Source: an uncultured Dysosmobacter sp.
GTDB taxonomy: Bacteria; Bacillota; Clostridia; Oscillospirales; Oscillospiraceae
Direction: 5' to 3'
DNA: 24,000 bases
Assembly: GCA_934590165.1 (NCBI GenBank)
Contig: CAKTOO010000005.1
Coordinates: forward strand, 82,431-106,430
In this document: positions 14,477 to 21,631 of the stretch, piece after piece
How the letters are laid out: every line of letters starts with the position of its first letter
How positions within the stretch are numbered: the first letter of the stretch is position 1
Program-made: the position numbers and the translations under genes
Notes under the pieces: model-generated
What the model was told of the DNA's origin: nothing
Databases searched by the model: none
Seen by the model: only the letters and a program-made list of their open reading frames with translations

Positions 14477-16099
14477 ATGTATGTGCTCGTTGATATGGAA
14501 TGGATCTCGAATCAGCGTGGTAATCATTGGCCAACACAGTTGGCCGCTGCCCGCGTAGATGCGCAATGGAATACAGTTGATACTTTTTCCGTGCTATTTC
14601 GCCCGAGAGACTTCTCCTTGCAGCAATGGGGGCATATGGCTTTTTCCGGCTGGAGCAGGGAGCAGTTCCTCGATGGAGAAAGCCTTTATGCTGGATTGGA
14701 CGCTTTCCGCCTTTGGCTGCAACCAGAGGATACGATATGCTGGTGGCATCAGGAAGCAAGTGACCTGTTCAATATGTTCTCCAAGGTATCCGGTGTTCCT
14801 GATATGACTCAGCACGTCGTGTTGCTCTGTGATTACATTTACGGTTACTTAGCAGGACAGGAGGCGTCTGTTGGTAGCCCTTATAAGATCTGTGCGGCGC
14901 GCAATATCGTCACACCTTCTCCAGCGCACTGCTCCGTCAACGATGTAGCAACCATGCAACTGCTTGCGCAGGTCATTGGCTTTGAGCAGAAGTATTTACT
15001 TGAGCCACCGAAAAGATGGAGCAAAGACGCAATGGCACAGAAAGGTTCTTCTGCCTATAAGCTGCTCTATGATCCTCAGGCCAAGCTCCTTCATAAATCC
15101 GACTGTGAGTTACTACCTGATGATCGCCATTTCCCAGCGTTCCTCACATTCAAGCTTCCAATTCGCCGCAAGTACAAGCCTTGTAGCTGCTGCAGGGATG
15201 AATTCTTAGATGCGCTGTGGGATCGCAATCAAGACTCTATCGCTCGCTCTGAATATAACTATGTCTACTCCAAGCAGTCCAAAATCTTTCACACCAGGAA
15301 GTGCAGTCATGTTCTGCTGGCCTATGATATTCAGGGAACCGTTTCCTACGACACCTGCCTTAAAAGCGGGCGACGCCCTTGTAAGCACTGCAATCCGGAG
15401 CCGATTGAGCACAAGACGATTGCTTTTCCGGTACTGCCAAAGAAGCCGCAAGCCCCTCAGGAGCGTTCTTTGAGCAAGGACGAGCAAAGTGCCATCGGAC
15501 GCTTTAATCGTGCTAAACAGGAGCGTGAAGCTGCATTCAAGAAAGGCTCCCTTTCCGATGCTGAGAAAAGCAACATTATGGCACTCTCGCAGCCAGGGCT
15601 GGCATTCTGGGCAAGTAAAGGGTATCGCACATTCCACCGCAGGAACTGCTCTCAAATCTCAGGCCTCAACCAACTGGTCGGCTTTCCTCGTTATCAGGAT
15701 GCTGTCCGCGCAGGGTACTGCCCATGCCGGCACTGTAAGCCAAGTCCGAAGCAAGATGTCGTCTATTCAATTCCCATCACCAACAAAAAACGTGCGGGAG
15801 AAAGCGTCGAAACCCTGGTGCAACTCTGTACGGAGCACTGCCTTCCATTTCACCACGACAATCGATACTTCGAGATGCAGACAATGGTGGGCAAGTGGAA
15901 AATTGATATGGACTTACGGCCAGTCCGACTGGAACACATAAATCTCGTCTCTCAGCCGGAGAACACAAAGAAATATCATGTGCAGCCCCGTCTGTTCCTC
16001 TCCTTAAAGGATACATTCGATTACATTATGCGACATGATAATGCCCTTATAAAACGGATCGAAGGGACAAGCCAGGAAGTACAACTTCAAATGGGATAA
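14477..16099 (+). CDS. DEDDh (DnaQ/RNase T-like) 3'-5' exonuclease fused to three Ada-type zinc-binding modules
   Basis: Trimmed to the ATG at 14477, 6 nt after GGAGGTG. ExoI is VLVDMEW, ExoII is EASDLFNMF and ExoIII is HCSVNDVATM (H-x4-D). Three repeats of the Ada_Zn_binding pattern FH-x3-C...PC-xx-C follow. They are LLHKSDC...KPCSCC, IFHTRKC...RPCKHCNP and TFHRRNC...CPCRHCKP. Confidence 0.7.
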   Translation: MYVLVDMEWISNQRGNHWPTQLAAARVDAQWNTVDTFSVLFRPRDFSLQQWGHMAFSGWSREQFLDGESLYAGLDAFRLWLQPEDTICWWHQEASDLFNMFSKVSGVPDMTQHVVLLCDYIYGYLAGQEASVGSPYKICAARNIVTPSPAHCSVNDVATMQLLAQVIGFEQKYLLEPPKRWSKDAMAQKGSSAYKLLYDPQAKLLHKSDCELLPDDRHFPAFLTFKLPIRRKYKPCSCCRDEFLDALWDRNQDSIARSEYNYVYSKQSKIFHTRKCSHVLLAYDIQGTVSYDTCLKSGRRPCKHCNPEPIEHKTIAFPVLPKKPQAPQERSLSKDEQSAIGRFNRAKQEREAAFKKGSLSDAEKSNIMALSQPGLAFWASKGYRTFHRRNCSQISGLNQLVGFPRYQDAVRAGYCPCRHCKPSPKQDVVYSIPITNKKRAGESVETLVQLCTEHCLPFHHDNRYFEMQTMVGKWKIDMDLRPVRLEHINLVSQPENTKKYHVQPRLFLSLKDTFDYIMRHDNALIKRIEGTSQEVQLQMG

Positions 16100-16174
16100 T
16101 TGTTGTTTTCCACTCCTTCTATCCGTAAATACCGTTGGGGAGTGTATCCCCAGATGCTTACAAAGGAGTGAAAA

Positions 16175-17092
16175 ATGATGACGCGAGAAGAAGCGGAGAA
16201 AGAGCTAATTGCTCTGCTGCAAGAGGCGGAAGGTGGGCCTTCTTACTCCATGGGAGAAGTGGACGCTTATATGCGTGAGCTGCTGCATCCAAAAAACCAG
16301 ATCTACCTGACAGGCGATACGCACGGTCGGTTTGAGCGGATCATCTCTTTCTGTGAGAGGCAGCAAGTTCAACCTGAAAGCACCTTCATTATCTTAGGGG
16401 ATGTCGGATTGAACTACTATGGGGATGGGAGAGACAGGCGAGGCAAAGATGCGCTGGCACAGATTCCAATCACGTTCTTCTGCATTCACGGCAACCATGA
16501 AATGCGCCCATCTGAAGAGTTGGGCTATCAGGTGAAAGAGTACCACGGTGGGAAAGTATGGGTTCAGCCTGAGTATCCAAACCTCGTATTTGCCATTGAC
16601 GGCGAGATCTATGATTTCTTTGGCCATTCCTGTATTGTCATTGGAGGTGCGTATAGCGTCGATAAATACTACCGATTGGCAAGAGGCTATAACTGGTTTG
16701 AAGACGAGCAGCCGTCCGATGAAATCAAGGAGAAAGTTGAGCGTGTGCTATCTGAGCGTGATTGGAAGATCGATGTTGTGCTGTCGCACACCTGCCCGCT
16801 CAGGTACGAGCCGACCGAAGTATTTCTATCCATGATTGACCAGTCGAGTGTGGATAAGAGTACCGAGCAATGGCTTGATACGATCGAGTCAAGGTTGCAC
16901 TACGAGCGCTGGTACTGCGGTCACTATCATACGGACAAGGAGATCGACAAGATCCGTTTCATGTTTCAGGACTATGCGCTGCTGCCGCATCAGATTTCCC
17001 TTTCTGCGGAGAAGGAAATGGTCCGCCGGATGCAGCGGCAGGCCGAGATTGTCAAGGCGCTGGGTCTGGTGGATGAGACTCCAGAGCAATAA
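16175..17092 (+). CDS. Calcineurin-like metallophosphoesterase (Ser/Thr phosphatase-like)
   Basis: AAAGGAG RBS. Motifs are LTGDTHGR, ILGDVGLNY, IHGNHE, VIGGAYS, LSHTCP and CGHYH. Confidence 0.8.
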   Translation: MMTREEAEKELIALLQEAEGGPSYSMGEVDAYMRELLHPKNQIYLTGDTHGRFERIISFCERQQVQPESTFIILGDVGLNYYGDGRDRRGKDALAQIPITFFCIHGNHEMRPSEELGYQVKEYHGGKVWVQPEYPNLVFAIDGEIYDFFGHSCIVIGGAYSVDKYYRLARGYNWFEDEQPSDEIKEKVERVLSERDWKIDVVLSHTCPLRYEPTEVFLSMIDQSSVDKSTEQWLDTIESRLHYERWYCGHYHTDKEIDKIRFMFQDYALLPHQISLSAEKEMVRRMQRQAEIVKALGLVDETPEQ

Positions 17093-17105
17093 GAGGATTT
17101 ATAAT

Positions 17106-17714
17106 ATGAGCACATATTACGATTTTATGGTCGAGGCCAAGTACAACGGCAAATGGTACAACATCGACCTACATACAAAGGATATTGACGGAAAGCTGCG
17201 GCATCAATATCTTGCAACCTTTTCCCGCAGCTTCATTGGCCAATTGGAAAATCTGATCGACGGTGCATGGAGGATTGGTTTTGATGATCTGGCGGAAAGC
17301 ACACAGAATCTCTTGCTATCCAGTACTCCTGCAGAGTGTGAAGATAGCGTTCGGCTGGAGCAGTTCTATGTTGCCGGCAATCTAGCAGATTTTGAGAAAC
17401 TCCTGAAGGCGCCATATCAGAACGAATACTATGTGACACGGAATCAGATTGCAGCATATGAGTCGCATGAGATCGACGACATCTGTGAGTATTTGACTGT
17501 TCATGAGTTACTTGAGCTACCCTACACAGCTCGCAACGAGTATGTCCTATATCGTTGGAATGATGTCTTTGGGAATACAGAGAAGATCCGATCAATGGTA
17601 GATCGCCTGCGGTACCAGATCGAGTGTTTCAACGAAGCGCTCCCCTATGAGGCAGGTCAGTCCTACGGAGATCGTGCGGCTTCGCAAGTCCGTGTGATTT
17701 ACCGGATTTCATGA
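17106..17714 (+). CDS. Hypothetical protein
   Basis: ORF 16836..17714 trimmed to the ATG at 17106 (MSTYYDFMVEAKYNGKWY...), 14 nt after the preceding stop. The upstream part of the ORF overlaps the phosphoesterase gene out of frame. Confidence 0.6.
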   Translation: MSTYYDFMVEAKYNGKWYNIDLHTKDIDGKLRHQYLATFSRSFIGQLENLIDGAWRIGFDDLAESTQNLLLSSTPAECEDSVRLEQFYVAGNLADFEKLLKAPYQNEYYVTRNQIAAYESHEIDDICEYLTVHELLELPYTARNEYVLYRWNDVFGNTEKIRSMVDRLRYQIECFNEALPYEAGQSYGDRAASQVRVIYRIS

Positions 17715-17727
17715 GGAGGTATAGCAC

Positions 17728-18333
17728 ATGAACTACTTCATTGGAGACCTCCATCTCTTCAACCGGAATCAGACAGGTGAGGGTGTAAACTATGACAGAA
17801 GGCCGTTTGCCACCGTTGATGAAATGCACCGGTATATCCTCGAGCATTGGAACGCTAAAATCACCAACGGAGACACCGTTTATATCCTTGGGGATATGGC
17901 CATGCGGGGAAAAAATGAAGCACTCATTGCATTGGTCGCACAGCTCAAGGGGCGAAAGATCCTGTTCCGAGGAAATCACGATGATCTGTCTGATTATCGG
18001 TATCAGAAGCTCTTCGCTGACATCACCGATTATCGTGAGATCAGCGAAAGTTTCGACGGGCAGTCGTATAAGCTCTGCTTGATGCACTATCCCATTCTGA
18101 TGTGGAATGGGCAGCATCGCGGATCGATTCTTCTCTACGCCCATACTCATAATACTGTGGAAGAGGCATTCTTCCAGAAATGCGTCAAAGAGCTCAACGA
18201 GAATAAGAAGCTGAATGTTCAACAAGGAATGCCTATTCGCGCCATCAATGTTGGCTGCATGATGCCGTATATGAATTATGAGCCAAGAACACTCAAGGAA
18301 ATTCTCTCCGCACAGAACGCAAGAAAGGAATAA
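17728..18333 (+). CDS. Metallophosphoesterase-family protein (second, shorter paralog type)
   Basis: Motifs are FIGDLHL, ILGDMAMRG, FRGNHDD, LMHYP and YAHTHN. Confidence 0.75.
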   Translation: MNYFIGDLHLFNRNQTGEGVNYDRRPFATVDEMHRYILEHWNAKITNGDTVYILGDMAMRGKNEALIALVAQLKGRKILFRGNHDDLSDYRYQKLFADITDYREISESFDGQSYKLCLMHYPILMWNGQHRGSILLYAHTHNTVEEAFFQKCVKELNENKKLNVQQGMPIRAINVGCMMPYMNYEPRTLKEILSAQNARKE

Positions 18334-18338
18334 GGCCT

Positions 18339-18686
18339 ATGTTACCGAAAGAGCTATTCCTCAGCACGCTAGAGAAGATTCAAAAGCAAGAAGCTCGGAT
18401 TGACGAGTTTAATACCGCGCTATCAAAGATCTGCGATGGGTTCCCTGTGTTTGATTCGGAGAATCAGTACCTGATTGCGCTCCGGGAGCTGCTGAAATAC
18501 ACAATGCAAGATCAATATGACTACATCGGGTGGTGGCTGTATGAAGCACCGGATGCTGGATACACAATCTGGTGGGATGATGAGGACGGTAAAGAAACCC
18601 GCGTGGACTTGACAGAGCCTGGTGCGCTCTATGACTATCTGGTGGAGTATGCCGCGCCGGAAGAAGTTCAGGGGGATGAGTCGTGA
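18339..18686 (+). CDS. Hypothetical acidic protein
   Basis: 115-aa ORF placed 5 nt after the previous stop. The C-terminal half is Asp/Glu/Trp-rich (WWLYEAPDAGYTIWWDDEDGKE). Confidence 0.6.
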   Translation: MLPKELFLSTLEKIQKQEARIDEFNTALSKICDGFPVFDSENQYLIALRELLKYTMQDQYDYIGWWLYEAPDAGYTIWWDDEDGKETRVDLTEPGALYDYLVEYAAPEEVQGDES

Positions 18687-19084
18687 GTACACAATACTCT
18701 GTTGTTAATACACGGATCATTGAAGAAGCCGCTGAATTCCAGGGAAAGGCCTCAGCAATTCAAGCAGAATGTCTCCGAATGGTGCGTGAGGCCTCTGTAT
18801 CTGCTGACTTGCAGGAGGTCAAGGAATATCTCATAGACAAGCTTTCTGACCGTGCGCTATTCTCTGTTGAGGAACCAGAGGGGACATCCATTGTGATTGG
18901 AACGGCAAGAGCGGGCCATTTTTCATGGCGTGCTGAGAATGGATTCCATGACTTTGACTCAGTCCTGCGTTGGCTCCAGTCACATCCGGACTTTACAATC
19001 TGTGATGAGTATGGAACAATCAAAACGGCAGAAGAATTCAAGCAGGTATTAGACTGGTGCGGGATTAAATCTCCTCATAGTTAG
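18683..19084 (+). CDS. Hypothetical protein
   Basis: 133-aa ORF with a GTG start overlapping the previous stop (GTGA). No recognised motif. Confidence 0.55.
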   Translation: MSTQYSVVNTRIIEEAAEFQGKASAIQAECLRMVREASVSADLQEVKEYLIDKLSDRALFSVEEPEGTSIVIGTARAGHFSWRAENGFHDFDSVLRWLQSHPDFTICDEYGTIKTAEEFKQVLDWCGIKSPHS

Positions 19085-19199
19085 ATTGCACGCAGAAATT
19101 TCAGCCTTTTAACCACAAGTTGAATGACAAATGCCAAAGCTTGTGATATAGTACAGTCAGAAACCAAGAACAACTACTTTACAGAAAGGACGCAGCACC

Positions 19200-19334
19200 A
19201 TGAAGACCATTTCTTCCGCTATCTTCTATATGAGCGAATGGCAGGCTATCTTCCAGTGTGAGGAATATAGCTTCAGCGAAGCATGCCCATATCAAGATAA
19301 GCAGAAGAATTTGATTGGAATGAGTAACTGTTAG
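19200..19334 (+). CDS. Possible small ORF (44 aa, 3 Cys)
   Basis: Found by hand and below the ORF-track cutoff. ATG at 19200 is preceded by AAAGGA 9 nt upstream. The protein is MKTISSAIFYMSEWQAIFQCEEYSFSEACPYQDKQKNLIGMSNC. A strong terminator follows at 19377. Confidence 0.3.
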   Translation: MKTISSAIFYMSEWQAIFQCEEYSFSEACPYQDKQKNLIGMSNC

Positions 19335-19376
19335 ACTGGCAGAGCATTTGCCTGTAACTCCTTCCCTGAATCATTG

Positions 19377-19412
19377 AAGCCGCTTGTCTTGTGTATAGAC
19401 AAGCGGCTTTTT
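19377..19412 (+). terminator. Rho-independent terminator
   Basis: 13-bp perfect stem AAGCCGCTTGTCT (19377-19389) / AGACAAGCGGCTT (19397-19409), running into TTTTT. Confidence 0.85.
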
Positions 19413-19457
19413 CATGCCTATGAGTTCAAATGATTTGAAGAGGAGGTGTCATTCGAA

Positions 19458-19694
19458 ATGGGGTTCCCGACGATCGACTTAATGCGCACTGGCGCAAATA
19501 TTGTGCGGCTACGGAAAGCAGCAGGCCTCACCGTACATGACCTGCAAATGGTGTTCGGCTTCAATTCCCCGCAAGCTATTTACAAATGGCAGAATGGAGC
19601 TGCGTTGCCGACGGTAGACAATCTAATCGTTCTTGCGGCGCTGCTGCATGTCCGCATCGACGATATTCTCGTTACCGACAACGCCGTCGCTTAA
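19458..19694 (+). CDS. XRE-family HTH regulator
   Basis: ORF 19446..19694. The preferred start is the ATG at 19458, 11 nt after AGGAGG. HTH is IVRLRKAAGLTVHDLQMVFGFNSPQAIYKWQNG. Confidence 0.75.
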   Translation: MGFPTIDLMRTGANIVRLRKAAGLTVHDLQMVFGFNSPQAIYKWQNGAALPTVDNLIVLAALLHVRIDDILVTDNAVA

Positions 19695-19696
19695 AT

Positions 19697-19717
19697 GCGA
19701 GAAGCTCTGCTTCTCGC
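19697..19717 (+). other. Perfect 9-bp hairpin between the XRE gene and the first tRNA
   Basis: GCGAGAAGC-TCT-GCTTCTCGC begins 3 nt after the TAA stop. No U-tract follows. Its function (processing or weak termination) is unknown. Confidence 0.4.
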
Positions 19718-19722
19718 CATAC

Positions 19723-19799
19723 GGTCCGCTCGTCTAAATGGTTAGGACACAGCCCTTTCACGGCTGCAATGACCGGTTCGAGTCCGGCGCGGATCTCCA
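19723..19799 (+). tRNA. tRNA-Glu (anticodon UUC)
   Basis: Hand-folded. Acceptor GGTCCGC/GCGGATC with one G.U. D region is TCGTCTAAATGGTTAGGACA. Anticodon stem CAGCC/GGCTG with loop CTTTCAC. T-loop is TTCGAGT. CCA is encoded. There is an A.C mismatch at the top of the T-stem. Confidence 0.8.
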
Positions 19800-19805
19800 A
19801 AATAA

Positions 19806-19880
19806 TGGGATATGGCCAAGCGGCTAAGGCACCGGCCTTTGACGCCGGCACCGTTGGTTCGAATCCAACTATCCCAACCA
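19806..19880 (+). tRNA. tRNA-Gln (anticodon UUG)
   Basis: Acceptor TGGGATA/TATCCCA, with U1-A72 typical of bacterial tRNA-Gln. D region is GCCAAGCGGCTAAGGC. Anticodon stem CCGGC/GCCGG with loop CTTTGAC. T arm is GTTGG-TTCGAAT-CCAAC. CCA is encoded. Confidence 0.9.
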
Positions 19881-19881
19881 T

Positions 19882-19958
19882 GATACGGTACTCAAGAGGT
19901 TGAAGAGGACAGCCTGCAAAGCTGTTAATCGTCGGTTCGAATCCGACCCGTATCTCCA
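19882..19958 (+). tRNA. tRNA-Cys (anticodon GCA)
   Basis: Acceptor GATACGG/CCGTATC. Anticodon stem ACAGC/GCTGT with loop CTGCAAA. T arm is GTCGG-TTCGAAT-CCGAC. Discriminator is U and CCA is encoded. The D arm CTC-AAGAGGTTGAA-GAG is unusually Ser/Leu-like. Confidence 0.8.
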
Positions 19959-19962
19959 ATAT

Positions 19963-20039
19963 GGTGCCTTCGTCTAATTGGTCAGGACGCAAGCCTCTCA
20001 AGCTTGTAATGCTGGGTTCGAGTCCCGCAGGCATCACCA
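19963..20039 (+). tRNA. tRNA-Glu (anticodon CUC)
   Basis: Acceptor GGTGCCT/AGGCATC with one G.U. Anticodon stem CAAGC/GCTTG with loop CTCTCAA. T-loop is TTCGAGT. CCA is encoded. There is a C.C mismatch at the top of the T-stem. Confidence 0.8.
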
Positions 20040-20048
20040 TCATCATAT

Positions 20049-20123
20049 AGGGGTATAGCTTAACTGGTAGAGCAGCGGTCTCCAAAACCGCCCGTGGGTG
20101 TTCAAGTCGCCCTATCCCTGCCA
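20049..20123 (+). tRNA. tRNA-Trp (anticodon CCA)
   Basis: Acceptor AGGGGTA/TATCCCT. D region is TAGCTTAACTGGTAGAGCA. Anticodon stem GCGGT/ACCGC with loop CTCCAAA. T arm is GGGTG-TTCAAGT-CGCCC. Discriminator is G and CCA is encoded. Confidence 0.9.
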
Positions 20124-20129
20124 TTTTAT

Positions 20130-20205
20130 TGGGGTGTCGCCAAGCGGTCAAGGCACCGGTCTCTGACACCGGCATTTGTTGGTTCGAATCCAACCACCCC
20201 AGCCA
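20130..20205 (+). tRNA. tRNA-Gln (anticodon CUG)
   Basis: Acceptor TGGGGTG/CACCCCA. Anticodon stem CCGGT/ACCGG with loop CTCTGAC. T arm is GTTGG-TTCGAAT-CCAAC. CCA is encoded. Confidence 0.9.
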
Positions 20206-20210
20206 TACTT

Positions 20211-20296
20211 GGAGAGTGAACCCAGAAGGTCTGGGGACCGCCCGCTAAGCGGATCGCACTGCATGGTGTCAGATTCGAGTTCTGCGCTCTCCGCCA
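20211..20296 (+). tRNA. Non-canonical long-variable-arm tRNA, anticodon GCU (Ser-type), with an apparent 8/4 acceptor/T-stem geometry
   Basis: Hand-folded. The 8-bp acceptor is GGAGAGTG/CGCTCTCC with no U8, followed by an AA linker. D stem is CCCAG(A)/(T)CTGGG, 5-6 bp. Anticodon stem is (A)CCGC/GCGG(A) with loop CCGCTAA, which puts C at position 33. The variable arm is about 16 nt with GCAC/GTGT pairing. The 4-bp T stem is CAGA/TCTG with loop TTCGAGT. Discriminator is G and CCA is encoded. Confidence 0.6.
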
Positions 20297-20299
20297 TAT

Positions 20300-20387
20300 G
20301 GGTCAGTACGCGTAGTTGGCGAGCGCAGCGGTCTGTAAAACCGTGACATAAGAAACATCGTTGGTTCAATTCCAACCTGGCCCACCA
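20300..20387 (+). tRNA. tRNA-Tyr (anticodon GUA), long variable region
   Basis: Acceptor GGGTCAG/CTGGCCC with one U.G. Anticodon stem GCGGT/ACCGT with loop CTGTAAA. The 15-nt variable region GACATAAGAAACATC has little self-pairing. T arm is GTTGG-TTCAATT-CCAAC. CCA is encoded. Confidence 0.75.
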
Positions 20388-20392
20388 CCAAG

Positions 20393-20424
20393 AAGAGGGA
20401 TACCCTTAACAGAGTATCCCTCTT
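20393..20424 (+). terminator. Hairpin after the tRNA array (probable terminator, weak U-tract)
   Basis: 11-bp perfect stem AAGAGGGATAC (20393-20403) / GTATCCCTCTT (20414-20424), followed by GCCATTTG. Confidence 0.55.
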
Positions 20425-20503
20425 GCCATTTGTAAGAGATAATACTACAATGATATTAGAATCAAAGAAACTTCTCATATTGCATCTTGAAGGAGACCAT
20501 GCC

Positions 20504-21631
20504 ATGAATACCTCTAATCTCAACACGCTCATTCAGCGTTACGAGGATAACTTTGAGTGGATCAACAACAGGGAGAACGATGAGATTTTCAAGTGGCGTG
20601 CTGTCCGCTGCTTTCAGGATGTCTGGTTCAACGAGGCAGCAGAGGATATGACATTTGCAGAGAGATTCAAAGCTGCTACAAAAGAGTGTTCTGTGCTGCT
20701 CGATAATGGTCAGGTATCCCCCACGAACGGGATCGTGAAGATGGCTGAGCAAGAACCCGATGAGGTTGAGCGACTTTTTATCGATGTCCTTTTCGCAGAC
20801 GACCAAGGCGATCTTCAGTTGCGGCAAGACCATGTTGAAGAGTTCCTAGATGGGATCGAAGCCGTCCGTGAACGCACATTCCCGAGTTACTGGAAGTACG
20901 GGCAGGACCGTCACTGTGCTTTTACTTATTTGGCGCTTTATGCCCCGGAAGAGAACTATATCTACAAGTACAGCGAAGCCGAGGAGTTTGCGAAACATAT
21001 CGAGTATGGTATTGATATTGGTTCTGGACAAACCTTCAAGCTAAGCGCTTATTATGGGATGTGCGATCTGGTTGTTGACGCTCTTCGTACACGCCCGACA
21101 CTCCTTGAAAAGCATTGGGCTCTCTGTGGAGATGAATGTTATCATGATGACAGTCTGCACCTTCTCGCCTTCGATGTTATTTATTGCTCTCGCGCCTATA
21201 ATTTCTATCAGGGCATCTATCATATCCCCAAGTCAGAAAGCACCTCTGCCTATAGTAAGGAGCAACTCCGCCTGAAGGAAGAGGCGAAAGTGCAGGAAAG
21301 AATTGATAGCCTCGAGGAGCGGATTCAGGCCAAGGACATTGAATTGGACAAGTTCCGATCAATCTCCTTACTGAATGTTCGAGTAACACATAAGCAGTAT
21401 GGGACAGGCGTTGTCATCGCCCAGAAGGAAAACACCATCAAAGTTCGATTTCCGGAAGACCAAGAGAAGTCATTCATCATTCACTCCAAGTTCCCCGCAC
21501 GCCCCACATTTGAAGATGACGAACAGGTTGTAGCGGCCTTTACTGAGTATGCCCGACTCACAAAGGAAATCCAGGGGCTGAAAAAGCTTCTTGAAATAGA
21601 AAAGACAAAGGTACAAACTACCATATTATAA
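20504..21631 (+). CDS. Hypothetical protein with C-terminal coiled-coil and small beta (Tudor/DUF3553-like) module
   Basis: ORF 20423..21631 trimmed to the ATG at 20504, after AAGGAGA. The C-terminus VTHKQYGTGVVIAQKENTIKVRFPEDQEKSFI resembles the small beta-domain found at UvrD/PcrA C-termini. That resemblance is weak and motif-level only. Confidence 0.6.
   Translation: MNTSNLNTLIQRYEDNFEWINNRENDEIFKWRAVRCFQDVWFNEAAEDMTFAERFKAATKECSVLLDNGQVSPTNGIVKMAEQEPDEVERLFIDVLFADDQGDLQLRQDHVEEFLDGIEAVRERTFPSYWKYGQDRHCAFTYLALYAPEENYIYKYSEAEEFAKHIEYGIDIGSGQTFKLSAYYGMCDLVVDALRTRPTLLEKHWALCGDECYHDDSLHLLAFDVIYCSRAYNFYQGIYHIPKSESTSAYSKEQLRLKEEAKVQERIDSLEERIQAKDIELDKFRSISLLNVRVTHKQYGTGVVIAQKENTIKVRFPEDQEKSFIIHSKFPARPTFEDDEQVVAAFTEYARLTKEIQGLKKLLEIEKTKVQTTIL

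Noticed and set aside
20211-20296. Assignment as tRNA-Sec (selC)
   Set aside because: The 8-bp acceptor, long D stem and long variable arm resemble tRNA-Sec. However, no UCA anticodon can be placed in the anticodon loop (the loop reads CCGCTAA), and the T stem is 4 bp rather than 5. It is therefore reported as a non-canonical Ser-type/allo-like tRNA.
19586-20532. ORFs 19586..19903(+), 19672..20193(-), 20148..20375(-) and 20269..20532(-)
   Set aside because: They run through the eight tRNA genes. Their apparent coding potential is an artefact of stop-poor, GC-rich tRNA sequence.
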